From assembly GCA_964016885.1 (NCBI GenBank), contig OZ024764.1:16554001-16618000 (forward strand): a DNA stretch of 64,000 nucleotides, read 5' to 3'. Positions 1 to 14,383 of the stretch are shown here, in pieces. The notes under the pieces are model-generated. The model saw only the letters and a list, made by a program, of their open reading frames with translations. It was not told the origin of the DNA and ran no database searches. Position numbers and translations under genes: made by a program. Numbering within the stretch: position 1 is the first letter of the stretch; each line of letters starts with the position of its first letter. The stretch is from Eledone cirrhosa. Its lineage: Eukaryota.

Positions 1-312
1 ACTATTGTATTGTCACAGTAAAGGCTTTACCTCACATAATATCACATAACATTTACATTACTCTATATATACTATTGTATTGTCACAGTAAAGGCTTTAC
101 CACACATAATATCTCACATAACATTTACATTACTCTATATATACTATTGTATTGTCACAGTAAAGGCTTTACCTCACATAATATTGAATCTATGAGATTT
201 TGATATTATTTGTTTTGAGAACAATACCTTAACATCAGTATGAGTGGCTGGTTACCGCTGGTTTGAACAGAAAGAGTTGAGAGAATTCTGGCCAGTTTAA
301 TTGCTAAAGGGT
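1..312. mobile_element. CCCTT-ended (piggyBac-type) MITE with internal 72-bp tandem unit, partial
   Basis: ends ...tgctaaaggg; same body as 30816-30987 and 11633-12730. Confidence 0.6.
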
Positions 313-401
313 TTAAATCATTAGTTTTCTTAATTTCACATCCATCTTGTTTTGGGGGTCGTTAGAGCAGATATGTAGCTGTTGTTGTTTTTGTTGTGCA
401 G

Positions 402-579
402 GATCTCTCCGGAACGCTACTTCTTCCAGCTGGCCCTTCACCCTACAGACTGCGTCCATGTTGACCACTTTGCGGTCAGCCTTGGCTTGGATTACAACCA
501 ACTGTTTCAGTTGGCCACAGACCACCTGCTGACCAAGGGACATTTTACACATGCTCTGCGTCTATTCAAGATGGCCAAG
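402..579 (+). CDS. RCC1-protein exon ([12 protein letters not shown]...LFKMAK)
   Basis: tgcag acceptor, aag|gtttgt donor, phase fits next exon. Confidence 0.85.
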
Positions 580-1768
580 GTTTGTATATTAATCCTCTCA
601 GACTGGGGTCCTTATGTTAGCTTCACCCTTCACCTGGGTCCTTATGTCTAGCTTTGCCCTTCACCTTGGTTCCTATGTCTAGCTTTACTCTTCAACTGAG
701 TCCTTATGTCTAGCTTTGCCTTTCACCTAGGTCCCTATGTCTAGCTTTACCTTTCACCTGGGTCATTATGTCTAGCTTTGCCCTTCACCTGGGTCCCTAT
801 GTCTAACTTTACCTTCTCAGACCTGGGTCCCTATGCCCAACATTGGGAATCACTGCTCTAAACCAATCCTTCTACCTCCACACTTAGTTCCCAGCCAATT
901 AGGGGAGCAGGGATGCTCTACATTGGGTATCACTGCTCTCTACATTCAGCTAAACCAATCCTTCTACCTCCACACTTAGTTCCCAGCCAGTTAGGGGGAG
1001 CAGGGATGCTCTACATTGGGTATCACTGCTCTCTACATTCAGTTAACCCAATCCTTCTACCTCCACACTTAGTTCCCAGCCAGTTAGGGGGAGCAGGGAT
1101 GCTCTACATTGGGTATCACTGCTCTCCACATTCAGCTAAACCAATCCTTCTTCCACCACACTCCTTCTCGTTGCAGTCTTCTTATGTGAAACGTGTAGCA
1201 TCGTTAGCTTCTTATGGTTGTATCCAGGAGATGATGACCTATGTACAGTACATTCTGAAGAAGGGAGGTGAGGAAGTGAGCACCCAGGAGGCGAAACGCC
1301 TCTCTGACATTGCTCTCTATGGATTCATCTACCTCATCAAACGGGGCCGCAACAAGAACCCAAACCTCATGGCAGCTTTCAGGTAAAGTCTAACTCTTCT
1401 TGCTATTTTCAACATTTACTTTCATCTTCTTTACATTTTCTACATCCTAATTAGTGTGTGTATCATCATCATCATCATCATCATCGTTTAACGTCCATAT
1501 TCCACGCTCGCATGGGTTTGGACGGTGTATATATATATGTGTGTATCTCTATCTATCTAAGGCGGGTAAAATTCCCGAGATCCATGGACGAGTTCTCTCC
1601 AGTGGTCTCTGTCCCTCATTATCGCTGCCATGTCCTGCGTCTCCAACAGACCAGTGTCTGTACTTAGGGCATCAACATACGTTAACCTTGGTCTTCCTCT
1701 TCTAGTGTGTCCATGTAGGGGCTCCCAAAGGAGTACTGAGTGCAATGTCAACTCTGGATGTCGGTATA

Positions 1769-1816
<48 letters not shown>

Positions 1817-4800
1817 TAAATTAGCGAGAATCATATTTCGGCTTAGGAATTAACGAAGAACAACCTCCAATATGTGTGGCAAGCGCTCGATGATTCAGAT
1901 GAATCAGAGCTACAACATACGTTAAGGGCCAAACACACTGAGACGATGGTTAAACAAACATCCGCACAGCCAAAGAAACGACCAAGTAATTCGGGTCAAA
2001 CAATAAAAATATATGTGATTGAAAACACCAACACCACCCCTTTCTCTGTAAAGTTATGTTGGTGCCACAACATCCAGTCCTAAATAAATGAGGTTGTGTA
2101 GGTGTCACGACAAAAAAACACACAGTCCACGCTGTAATGTGGTCGTGTAGGTAACACGGTAAAAAGCTCCCAGTCCACACTGTAAACGTGGTTGGTGTTA
2201 GGAAGGGCATCCAGAAAACCCGCCAGACAGTCTCATACGAGCAAGACAACCAATCTTGCCTCAAGTGGGAAAACACCCGTCTAAACCCATGCTGGCATGG
2301 AAGATAGACGTTAAACGATGATGATGATGATGATAATATATCTCCATCCATCTCATTAATGTCTTTATGTTCTGTTTCAGGGAGTTTCTACTCAGCAACT
2401 TTTTCTACAACGAAACTAATGCATTGAAGGTCCTGGCAGAATGGCGCTGGCCTACATTACTGCTGGAGGTTGGCAAGGTCAGTATCTCTATCTCCCTATC
2501 TCTCTGTCTCCCTATCTCTCTGTCTCCCTATCTCTCTGTCTCTCTGTCTCTCTGTCTTCCTATCTCCCTGTCTGTCTGTCTGTCTCTCTGTCTGTTTGTC
2601 TGTCTGTCTTTTGTGAACATATCTCTTATAAAATACAATGTGTTTTAATTAATTAATGAAGAATTTTGAAGGAAGATGTTATCTTAACATATGGTTCTTA
2701 TATAAAATTATGTTGGAAGATTTTAATTTAAATGGGAACCCTTTAAAAATGGAAGGTTTTTTTTTTTCATGGAACCAGAGCTGGTTTTGGCTGGGTTAGT
2801 ATTAAATAATTAATTATTTCATGACTAAGATAGTAACTTAATTTAAGGTTCATATATAAAATTATGTTGGAAGATTTTAATTTAAATATGAACCCTTTAA
2901 AATGGGAAGGTTTTGTTTCATAGAAGTAGTGGTGGTTTTGGCTGGGATGGTATTAAATGGTGAATTATTTTATTACTAAGATAACTTAGATGTAACCCTA
3001 AAAATGCAACGTTAAATAAGATGGCATTGATTATTATATGTTACAGGCCCGTGGTCTCATTGTAGAGAGCCTTCAGCTTCTCCTACAACACAGTTTATAC
3101 AATGTAGAATTTAACTTATGGAAGGATCTGGTACAGAAAGGTTTTGGGGCTTACCTCTGCCATGTTGGACACGGTGAGAGTTTTTCTTTTTCTTCTCTTC
3201 TCTATTTTCATGTCATTTATCTATAATGGTAGTGCTGGTGCTACAACAAAAACACCCAGTCCACTCTGTAAAGTGGTAGTGCTGGTGCCATGACAAAAAG
3301 CACCCAGCCCACACTGTAAAGTGGTCATGTAGGTGTCACGACAAAAAGCACCCAGTCCACACTGTAAAGTGGTCATGTAGGTGTCACAACAAAAGGCACC
3401 CAGTCCACTCTGTAAAGTGGTCATGTAGGTGTCACAACAAAAGGCACCCAGTCCACTCTGTAAAGAGGTCATGTAGGTGTCACAACAAAAGGCACCCAGT
3501 CCACTCTGTAAAGTGGTCATGTAGGTGTCACAACAAAAGGCACCCAGTCCACTCTGTAAAGTGGTCATGTAGGTGTCACAACAAAAGGCACCCAGTCCAC
3601 TCTGTAAAGTGGTCATGTAGGTATCGCAACAAAAGGCACCCAGTCCACTCTGTAAAGTGGTCATGTAGGTGTCGCAACAAAAGGCACCCAGTCCACTCTG
3701 TAAAGTGGTCATGTAGGTGTCGCAACAAAAGGCACCCAGTCCACTCTGTAAAGTGGTCATGTAGGTGTCACAACAAAAGGCACCCAGTCCACTCTGTAAA
3801 GTGGTCATGTAGGTGTCACGACAAAAGGCACCCAGTCCACTCTGTAAAGTGGTCATGTAGGTATCGCAACAAAAGGCACCCAGTCCACTCTGTAAAGTGG
3901 TCATGTAGGTGTCGCAACAAAAGGCACCCAGTCCACTCTGTAAAGTGGTCATGTAGGTGTCATGACAAAAAGCATCCATCCGTAGAAAAAAGCCAACCGT
4001 AAATGGTTCTGGATGAGCAAGACATGGTCATCTGATCTGGTCTTACAACAGGACAACCTGTCTAGCCCATGCTAATGTGGAAAAATGGACGTTAGATGAT
4101 GATGATGATGACGACAACTGTTTATAGGGGTCAGTTAGTTGTAAATGTTTCCCCCTTTTTTTTTCTTTCGTCTTCCATTCCTAGGTGTTTTCCTGCTGTG
4201 TTTGACCCCAGAAGAACTCGTTGACCTTCTGTGTGTGCGGCCCCAGCTGGCCGTGTTAGAGGTGGAAATGCTGCAGCTGCACGTCTGTAAACTGGACATT
4301 GACCGCCTCATGAAGCTAGCCGAGGTGTTTGACCCCTCCAAACACATAGTGTGCGGACACTTGCGCTGTCAGAGAGTGCGGTGTGAAAGGTGAGCGTTGC
4401 AGATATAATTCACGACTTTCTTGCTGCTGTTGTTGTTGTTGTTGTTACTGTTGTTGTTGTTGTTGTTGTTACTGTTGTTGTTGTTGTTACTGTTGTTGTT
4501 GTTGTTGTTGCTTTTGTTGTTGTTGTTGTTACAGTTGTTTTTGTTGTTACTGTTGTTGTTGTTGTTGTTACTGTTGTTACCGCTGTTGTTGTTACTGTTG
4601 TTGTTGTTACTGCTGTTGTTGTTGTTGCTGTTGTTGTTGCTGTTGTTGTTGTTGTTGTTGGTACAGTTGTTGTTGTTACAGTTGTTGTTACTGCTGTTGT
4701 TGTTGTTACAGTTGTTAAGGGTGGAAGGGGTAAGAAGGTGAACGGACCCTAGGAAACAAAGCCAATCAGGCATGCACGGCCTTAAGAGAGATTTTATCCT

Positions 4801-5043
4801 ATACAACTATTTACAATCTGCAGAACTGAAGCGGGGACGCAGAGGGGATAACAAAGAATCAATAAGAGATGGCAATCGTCTGTGAAGATGCTGCAACTTT
4901 CATATTTATATCTAAGCCATGTTTGATATATATTTGGTTTATTTCTTCCAGAACATTCAGCCAGACCTCTCGCAGTTCTCTGGTGTCTCAGAACTTTGGA
5001 GAAATGCCAAATCCTGTAAGTATATTGCCACTGGTAGAAACTC

Positions 5044-5084
<41 letters not shown>

Positions 5085-5265
5085 GAAATGCGCAACCGGT
5101 AAAAACTTAAAAACTTAAAACCACAACTGGATACTAACCCATACAATCACTAATACTCTTTTATTCCTAATTAAACCATTTTTCAACTGTGAACAATTTG
5201 TCAGCATTTTCTATTCCGTTTACCAATATATAATAACTTGTGTGTTACACCTCTATTCTTTTAAC

Positions 5266-5297
<32 letters not shown>

Positions 5298-8200
5298 TAT
5301 ATATTGAATACACAAGAATCAAAGTTATGTTTAAAACATTTAATTGCTGACAATTGTTTCTTCCAAACCTAGGCTTGGAGTCTTCGGAGCATTCTTAATG
5401 TTTGTACACACAATTAACCTCCTATTCAACTTGTGAATCATACAGATACATATATATTGACAACAGTTTCATGTTTATAGTGTGGAATGGATGCGACATA
5501 TATTATATTATACTATAATTGTACAATAATTCAAATTAAGATTAAAATCAAAATTAAATTTAAAATTAAAAGCATAGGGTGGAATACCTGCGACAGATAA
5601 TACAAGAGAATAGTCTAATAATTAAATTAAAGAGATAGTACATGCGTTAGTCATATATAAAGGAATGGAACAAGCAAATATTATGCATATATGAGTACTG
5701 TATGGCAAGTTGTTACATGAAATACAAGCAATACAAGCACTTTAAGCGAATATAATAATAATAATAATGAAATTATTGTGTAAACTGCTCAGGTGCACTA
5801 CAACTCGTCAAAGGTGTATGTATAGTACATAGAATAATACACAAATGTCAGGGAAGTACATGTGTGTATGTGTTAGCTGTAGTGTTGGCGGATCTCGGGA
5901 AGCATGGAGGCCTTAAAGGATGTAGTGTCACGACAGCCAACAACCGACGCAGGCAGCCCGTTCCAGTGTATTATGGTGGTTGCAATGCAAGGATATTTTC
6001 TGTATAGTTCAAAGTTGTATGTGTGTAGAAAATATATATATATATCATCATTTAATGTCCATTTTCCACACTTGCATGGGTTAGGCGGGTTTGTCCAACT
6101 CTCTCTCCATCTCTCACTCTCACTCCATCTCTCACTGCCACTCCATCTATCACTCTCACTCCATCTCTCACTCTCACTCCATCTATCACTCTCACTCCAT
6201 CTATCACTCTCACTCCATCTATCACTCTCACTCCATCTATCACTCTCACCCCATCTCTCACTCTCACTCCATCTCTCACTCTCACTCCATCTCTCACTCC
6301 AACTCTCACTCCATCTATCACTCTCACTCCATCTATCACTCTCACTCCATCTATCACTCTCACTCCATCTCTCACTCCATCTCTCACTGCCACTCCACCT
6401 CTCACTGCCACTCCCTATTCCAGGAGATGTCCCTAGCCTCAACCCAAAAGATGGTAGACTTCTTCTTTGAGCTGCTGCTGCTGTTGAACAAGAGACGTGA
6501 CAGTGACGTGACCCCTGCCAACCTCTGTAGGGAGCTACAGCCAAGACCCTTCATGTCCGAACATCTAACTGTAAGTAACACACATTCTCTCACACACACA
6601 CATACACACACGCACTCACAGACATTCTCTCACACACACACATACACTCTCACACACTCACAGACATACACTCACACACACTCACATACACACATACACT
6701 CACATACACTCACACTCACACACACTCTCACACTCACTCTCACACTCACTCACTCACTCACTCACTCACACACTCACACACACACTCACACACTCAATCA
6801 CACGCACACACACTCACACACACACTCACTCACACACTCACACACTCAATCACACACACACACACACTCTCATATACTCACACACACTCACACTCACAAC
6901 TGGATGTTGTGGTACCAACAGAACATAAATGCATTGTGAATACATTTTTCACCCTTTAGCATCTAAACCGGCCAAAACCAGCCAGAATTCTCTCACCTCT
7001 TTCTGTTCAAACCAGCTGTAACTGGCCACTCATACTGATGTTAAGGTATTGTTCTCAAACTAAATAATATCAAAATCTCATGCCCCTGTTTTATACTAAC
7101 CAAAACAATTCTTGAAATGTCACAATCTATATTGTTATCATATTTATAATGAAAGACACTGTAGGTGTTTGGAACATAACTTAACAAAGGTTCTTACATC
7201 TTATCTCTCATTGTGTTTCTATATTCTCCAGTTTGCAGAAGAGATGTCCACAAAATCCGAGTCTTTCTTGTCCCTCCAACCCTCTTTTATTGGCTGTGGT
7301 AATGGTTACGTAGCCATGGTTCGGAATGGTGACCTTTACACATGGGGAAGGTCTTACTGTGGATGGTAAGTTATTCTATGAAACTAGTTCAAAAGGGGGC
7401 TTCAAAAGGTTTGTGGAAAATGTTTGGATGTGTGTCACCTGATGGAGTTGTATGGCTCTGTGGTGACAGTGTGTTATAGTCATTTGACACCTGACAGAGC
7501 CAATCTCATTCCCAAGTCTGAACACAGCCCATTCCTTCCAGAGAAGAAGAGAATGAGTGAAAGAGGAAGTGAGAAAGAGATATAGAAGAAGAATGGACCC
7601 AGTGCAAGCCTGGTATTTCGTTCATCAACCTCAAAAGGATGCTAAGCATTCTATCCACCATTCTAACAACTGTGTCAAGTCACAGCCTAAGGGAGGGCTT
7701 CAAAAAGTTTGTGGGAAAAAGTACTTAGCTAAAGATCATTTGCAGGGATTTTGATCTCAATGCACCTGTACGTTCTCGTACTAATGTGTCATAACATGTT
7801 CTAACATGAACTATTAAATGCATGTTGCATCGCAGTGGCACCAGTTGGAAGTCAGCAACCACTCCAGCAACACGGCCTCCATCAAAACCTCAAATTCATG
7901 GTGAAGCTAGGGTGGCAGAGCAGTCAAGTCATTGACACTCTGGAGCAGGTTTATGGGGACAATGCCCCAAAGAAATCAACACCCTACAAATAGATAAGTT
8001 GTTTTAGAAGTGGAAGAGATGAGGTTGAAGATGATCCCCAGTTGAAGATGTAAAAAAAATGCTGCTTTGACATGGTTTAAATCACATGGCCCTTAGTTTT
8101 ACACAGATGGACTTAAAGTCTGATATCAACACTTGCAGAAGGGTACTGACCTAGATGGAGCATATGTTGAAAAATAAACATATCATAACTTTCTCAAATT

Positions 8201-8803
8201 GCCCATTATATATATATTGTTTGTGTGTGTATGTATATATATATATATATATACCCAAGATATATATAATGCCAAGCGCAGTTGAGGTATGCCATACATC
8301 AATTTATATATTTTATCTGATGAGGACGTACTGAGGAAACATCACAGTACCTCCGAAATATATATAATAAAATATATTTGATTACATGAATGTCTATATT
8401 TATTAATATTTTGAATTAATATATATATATATATATATATTTGAAAAAGAGGAAAAGAATGACTTCACTTGTAGTGCTAAATAATTTGATTAATATTATA
8501 ATATTATGAGTTGGTAGATCTAGTAAGTTCTTTGTTAACTTCGGTTGGAAGATCTTTAAAGATTCCTGGTTAACTTTGTTGGAGAACTTTCTCGCATTCA
8601 TCAGTGGCGATTGTCAAACTGATGAATGCGAGAAAGTTCTCCAACAAAGTTAACCAGGAATCTTTAAAGATCTTCCAACCGAAGTTAACGAAGAACTTAC
8701 TAGATCTGACGACTCATAATATTATAATATAAAATTAATCAAATTATTTACCACTACAAGTGAAGTCATTCTTTTCTATACCAAGGATCTCACACATTTT
8801 CCA

Positions 8804-8837
<34 letters not shown>

Positions 8838-9069
8838 TTATTAAAATAACAAATTAAAGTTTAAGCAAAGAATCGCTGCTTTCAAAAGCAGCGATTCTTT
8901 GCTTAAACTTTAATCTGTTATTTTAATATATATCTGCTCTAGGGTTCTTATATATTTGATATACATTTATCCTTATCGAGCCCTCTTTGGATTTTAGTCT
9001 TCAAATTTATTATTATTACTATATATATATTTATTTATTGTTTGTATATATATATATATATTTATTGTT

Positions 9070-9104
<35 letters not shown>

Positions 9105-9108
9105 TGTT

Positions 9109-9143
<35 letters not shown>

Positions 9144-9866
9144 TGTTTGTATATATATATATATATATTTATTGTTTGTATATATATATATATATATATA
9201 TATTTGTGTCGGGTCACCAGTTGGTACTACTGGTAACATGTATCCCAGTACAACCTGTCTCATGGTCGGGCCGTTGGCGACTAAACTGGCAACCCCACCA
9301 AGGTTTCTTGGTGAGGAGGGTGACATTGGACATCCTGCAGGACTAAAAACAAAACCTGTCAAAGGGCAAAGGAGCTCTTAAGAGTCAATGGCCATCCAAA
9401 ATCACCGGGAGAGATGACCCCTTAGCCTTTGTCAAGGCAGAATTCTAGGAGAAGGAAAACTCTGATATAACACCTGCAACCCTGATGGTATCCAATGATG
9501 TTGACTTGTTCTTCTTTTTGGTAAATATCATCTTGGTTAAGAGAGTGGGACTGGCTTTGTGCAGTGCCTTTGCTCACTATAAAAGCTTCACGGCACAGGC
9601 ATTGCTTTATATCTGGAGATCTCTCTGCACTTGTCGTCACATGGTACCATGGGCCCAGAACTATGTGTCAATAATTGTCACAAGTGTAGTGTTTGTACCA
9701 GAGTTTTCAAGTCGCTGGCTGGACTAAAAAGTCACACTTGTTCAGCGCATCGGTAGGGGTTCTCCTACATGGATATAAAGTAGTGGCCGTACTCGAAAAC
9801 GAGTTGGCAACCACCATAGATATATATATATTTATTGTTTGTATATATATATATATATTTATTGTT

Positions 9867-9907
<41 letters not shown>

Positions 9908-9911
9908 TGTT

Positions 9912-9952
<41 letters not shown>

Positions 9953-9958
9953 TGTTTG

Positions 9959-9989
<31 letters not shown>

Positions 9990-9997
9990 TTATTGTT

Positions 9998-10032
<35 letters not shown>

Positions 10033-10040
10033 TTATTGTT

Positions 10041-10077
<37 letters not shown>

Positions 10078-10085
10078 TTATTGTT

Positions 10086-10120
<35 letters not shown>

Positions 10121-13100
10121 TGTATATATATATATATATATATATATTGTTTGTATATTTGCTCAGTCTTGGCCATGGAGACCTGACCTCAGCCGATACT
10201 GTGATGCCTGTCAGTCGAGTGGAGACTCTACATATGTTGAAGATTTGTGTGACCAGTGTTACCTGCGGTGGAGAACATATCCTGGCCCTCAGCTCTCAAG
10301 GGGTAAGAATTACACTCCCCCCACAAACTTTAGCTCTCAAGGGATCAGGACCCTCCCCACCAGCTCTCAAGGGGTAAGAATAACACTCCCCCCACAAACT
10401 TTAGCTCTCAAGGGATAAGGACCCTCCCCACCAGCTCTCAAGGGGTAAGGATGCCCCTCCCATCTCTCAAGGGATAAAGATGACCCCCCTCTCCTCCTTA
10501 CCTCTTAAGGGGTAAGGATCCCTCCCCCTCTCACTTCTCAAGGGGTAAGAACCACCCTGAGCACCTTTTTGAATTCCATGTGTCTAACACACGTGGACAT
10601 GCCCACAAAGTCAGAAAGCAGCACAGCTCCCATGACTTTCGGAAACATTTTTTCACGCTCAGAGTTGCTGAAGCATGGAACAAACTACCTGCGTCAGTTG
10701 TTAGCTGTTGAGACACTGCATCCTTTAAAATCTTAATGGAACAAACTCCCTGCATCAGTTGTTAGCTGTCGAGACACTGCATCCTTTAAAACCTCCATGG
10801 AACAAACTACCTGCATCAGTTGTTAGCTGCGAGACACTGCATCCTTTAAAACCTCCATGGAACAAACTCCCTACATCAGTTGTTAGCTGCGAGACACTGC
10901 ATCCTTTAAAACCTCCATGGAACAAACTCCCTACATCAGTTGTTAGCTGTCGAGACGCTGCATCCTTTAAAACCTCCATGGAACAAACTCCCTACATCAG
11001 TTGTTAGCTGTCGAGACACTGCATCCTTTAAAACCTCCATGGAACAAACTACCAGCATCAGTTGTTAGACATACAGACAGATATTATAAGGGCGCAGCGT
11101 TATATCTATGTATCTATCTAAAAAGAAAGACTAAGAATTATAGAGAGGGATCGCTAAGTTGCCTAGTGCGGTCTCTAGGGCATTGAATATGTTTTGCTCA
11201 AAACTCTCGCAGGACCTTAAGTATTACATGTGTAAAGTTTGAAAATAATCGGTTGGGTGGTTCTTGAGTTTAAGGGAGTCAGACAGACGGACAGACATTC
11301 TCTGTTTTAGATATATAGATTATATTACAGGTGTTGTTATTGCTAACTGTTCGTTATGTTTATTGTAGGTTTACAGCTGGGGATCGTCCAAATACGGCCA
11401 GGTTGGTGTTGGAACCTACCACCATTACTACACAAGACCTATGTTGGTTGAAAGTCTGTCTTCAGAATATTGTGTCAGCTTGGTCTGTGGACAATACCAT
11501 TCTGTTGCACTGACCAATGATGGCAAGTAAGTAGCTAACTCTTTCTTCTTGTCGTATGTTATTGTTCCATAACTCCTGTGGGAGTCCTAAAGGCCACATA
11601 TTCTTATACAGAATTTCTTGAGCATTTTTTAACCCTTTAGCATTTAAACCAGCCATAACTGGCCACTGATACCAATATTAGGGTATTGTTCTCAAAATAA
11701 ATAACATCAAAATCTCATAGATTCGATATTATGTGAGGTAAAGCCTTTACTGTGACAATACAATAGTGTATACAGAGTAATGTAAATGTTATGTGAGATA
11801 TTATGTGAGGTAAAGCCTTTACTGTGACAATACAATAGTATATATAGAGTAATGTAAATGTTATGTGAGATATTATGTGAGGTAAAGACTTTACTGTGAA
11901 AATACAATAGTATATATAGAGTAATGTAAATGTTATGTGAGGTAAAGCCTTTACTGTGAAAATACAATAGTATATATAGAGTAATGTAAATGTTATGTGA
12001 GATATTATGTGAGGTAAAGACTTTACTGTGAAAATACAATAGTATATATAGAGTAATGTAAATGTTATGTGAGGTATTATGTGAGGTAAAGCCTTTACTG
12101 TGACAATACAATAGTATATATAGAGTAATGTAAATGTTATGTGAGATATTATGTGAGGTAAAGCCTTTACTGTGAAAATACAATAGTATATATAGAGTAA
12201 TGTAAATGTTATGTGAGATATTATGTGAGGTAAAGACTTTACTGTGAAAATACAATAGTATATATAGAGTAATGTAAATGTTATGTGAGATATTATGTGA
12301 GGTAAAGCCTTTACTGTGACAATACAATAGTATATATAGAGTAATGTAAATGTTATGTGAGATATTATGTGAGGTAAAGCCTTTACTGTGAAAATACAAT
12401 AGTATATATAGAGTAATGTGAATGTTATGTGAGATATTATGTGAGGTAAAGCCTTTACTGTGACAATACAATAGTATATATAGAGTAATGTAAATGTTAT
12501 GTGAGATATTATGTGAGGTAAAGCCTTTACTGTGACAATACAATAGTATATATAGAGTAATGTAAATGTTATGTGAGATATTATGTGAGGTAAAGCCTTT
12601 ACTGTGACAATACAATAGTATATATAGAGTAATGTAAATATTATGTGAGATATTATGTGAGGTAAAGCCTTTACTGTGACAATACAATAGTATATATAGA
12701 GTAATGTAAATGTTATGTGGGGTAAAGCATGCTACAAACACTAGCAGAAAACCACCCTTCGGCTAATTCTTGATTCTACCTTGTATTTTCTGCTCTCTCT
12801 CTGCCCCCGACCCCTATAAACAGGGTGTTTACGTGGGGTTGGGGTGTTCATGGGCAGCTAGGACATGGAGATGCTGAGAACCAACCCTTTCCTACACTGG
12901 TCAGCTGTCTACCCACGGCCAAAGAGATTCGGACGATACAACTGGCTGCAGGCTACGCCCACACCATGGTCCTCAGTCAACAGGTGAGTGGGGACTTCGG
13001 GGTGGGGTTGATGGTGATGGTAATAATGGCTGTATCTAGCCAGAACTCTCTCACCTCTTTCTGTTCAAACCGGCTGTAACCAGCCCATCATACTGATGTT

Positions 13101-14351
13101 AAGGTATTCTTCTCAAAATAAATAATCTCAAAATCTCATAGATTCGATATTACGTGAGATATTATGTGAGATATTATGTGAGATATTGTGTGAGATATTA
13201 TGTGAGATATTGTGTGAGATATTACGTGAGATATTACGTGAGGTATTATGTGAGATATTGTGTGAGATATTATGTGAGATATTATGTGAGATATTACGTG
13301 AGATATTATGTGAGATATTATGTGAGATATTATGTGAGATATTATGTGAGATATTATGTGAGATATTACGTGAGATATTACGTGAGATATTACGTGATAT
13401 ATTACGTGATATATTACGTGATATATTACGTGAGATATTACGTGAGGTATTATGTGAGATATTATGTGAGATATTGTGTGAGATATTATGTGAGATATTA
13501 TGTGAGATATTACGTGAGATATTATGTGAGATATTATGTGAGATATGTGAGATATTATGTGAGATATGTGAGATATTACGTAAGATATTATGTGAGATAT
13601 TGTGTGAGATATGTGAGATATTATGTGAGATATTATGTGAGATATTATGTGAGATATTATGTGAGATATTATGTGAGATATTACGTGAGATATTATGTGA
13701 GATATTACGTGAGATATTACGTGAGATATTACGTGAGATATTACGTGAGATATGTGAGATATTACGTGAGATATGTGAGATATTGTGTGAGATATTATGT
13801 GAGATATTATGTGAGATGTTATGTGAGATGTTATGTGAGATATTATGTGAGATATTGTGTGAGATATTGTGTGAGATATTGTGTGAGATATTATGTGAGA
13901 TATTATGTGAGATAAAACCTTTGTGAAAATACAATAGTATTTATAGAGTAATGTAAATGTTATGTGAGATATTATGTGAGGTAAAGCCTTTACTGTGAAA
14001 ATACAATAGTATATATAGAGTAATGTAAATGTTATGTGAGATATTATGTGAGGTAAAGCCTTTACTGTGACAATACAATAGTATATATAGAGTAATGTAA
14101 ATGTTAAAGGGTTAGTCAACTTTCATCGACAACTAAATTGCTGGCCTTGTGCCTGAATCATAAACCATTATATTGGCAGGATCGGTAGAGCGTCGGACGC
14201 CATGCTTTGAAGCATAGTTATTATAGCCCTTGCCATTCTGAGTTCAAATCCCGCCGAGGTTAACTTTGCCTTTCATCCTTACGGGGTCGATAAAATAAAG
14301 TACCAGTAATACACTGGGATAATTGCTGGCCTTGTGCCAAAAGTAGAAACA

Positions 14352-14383
<32 letters not shown>

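Noticed and set aside
8619-8660. Hammerhead at CTGATGA in the long hairpin
   Set aside because: No stem II-GAAA-UH-stem I arrangement found.
14175-14260. tRNA genes at SINE heads
   Set aside because: A/B boxes run into SINE bodies and no cloverleaf forms.
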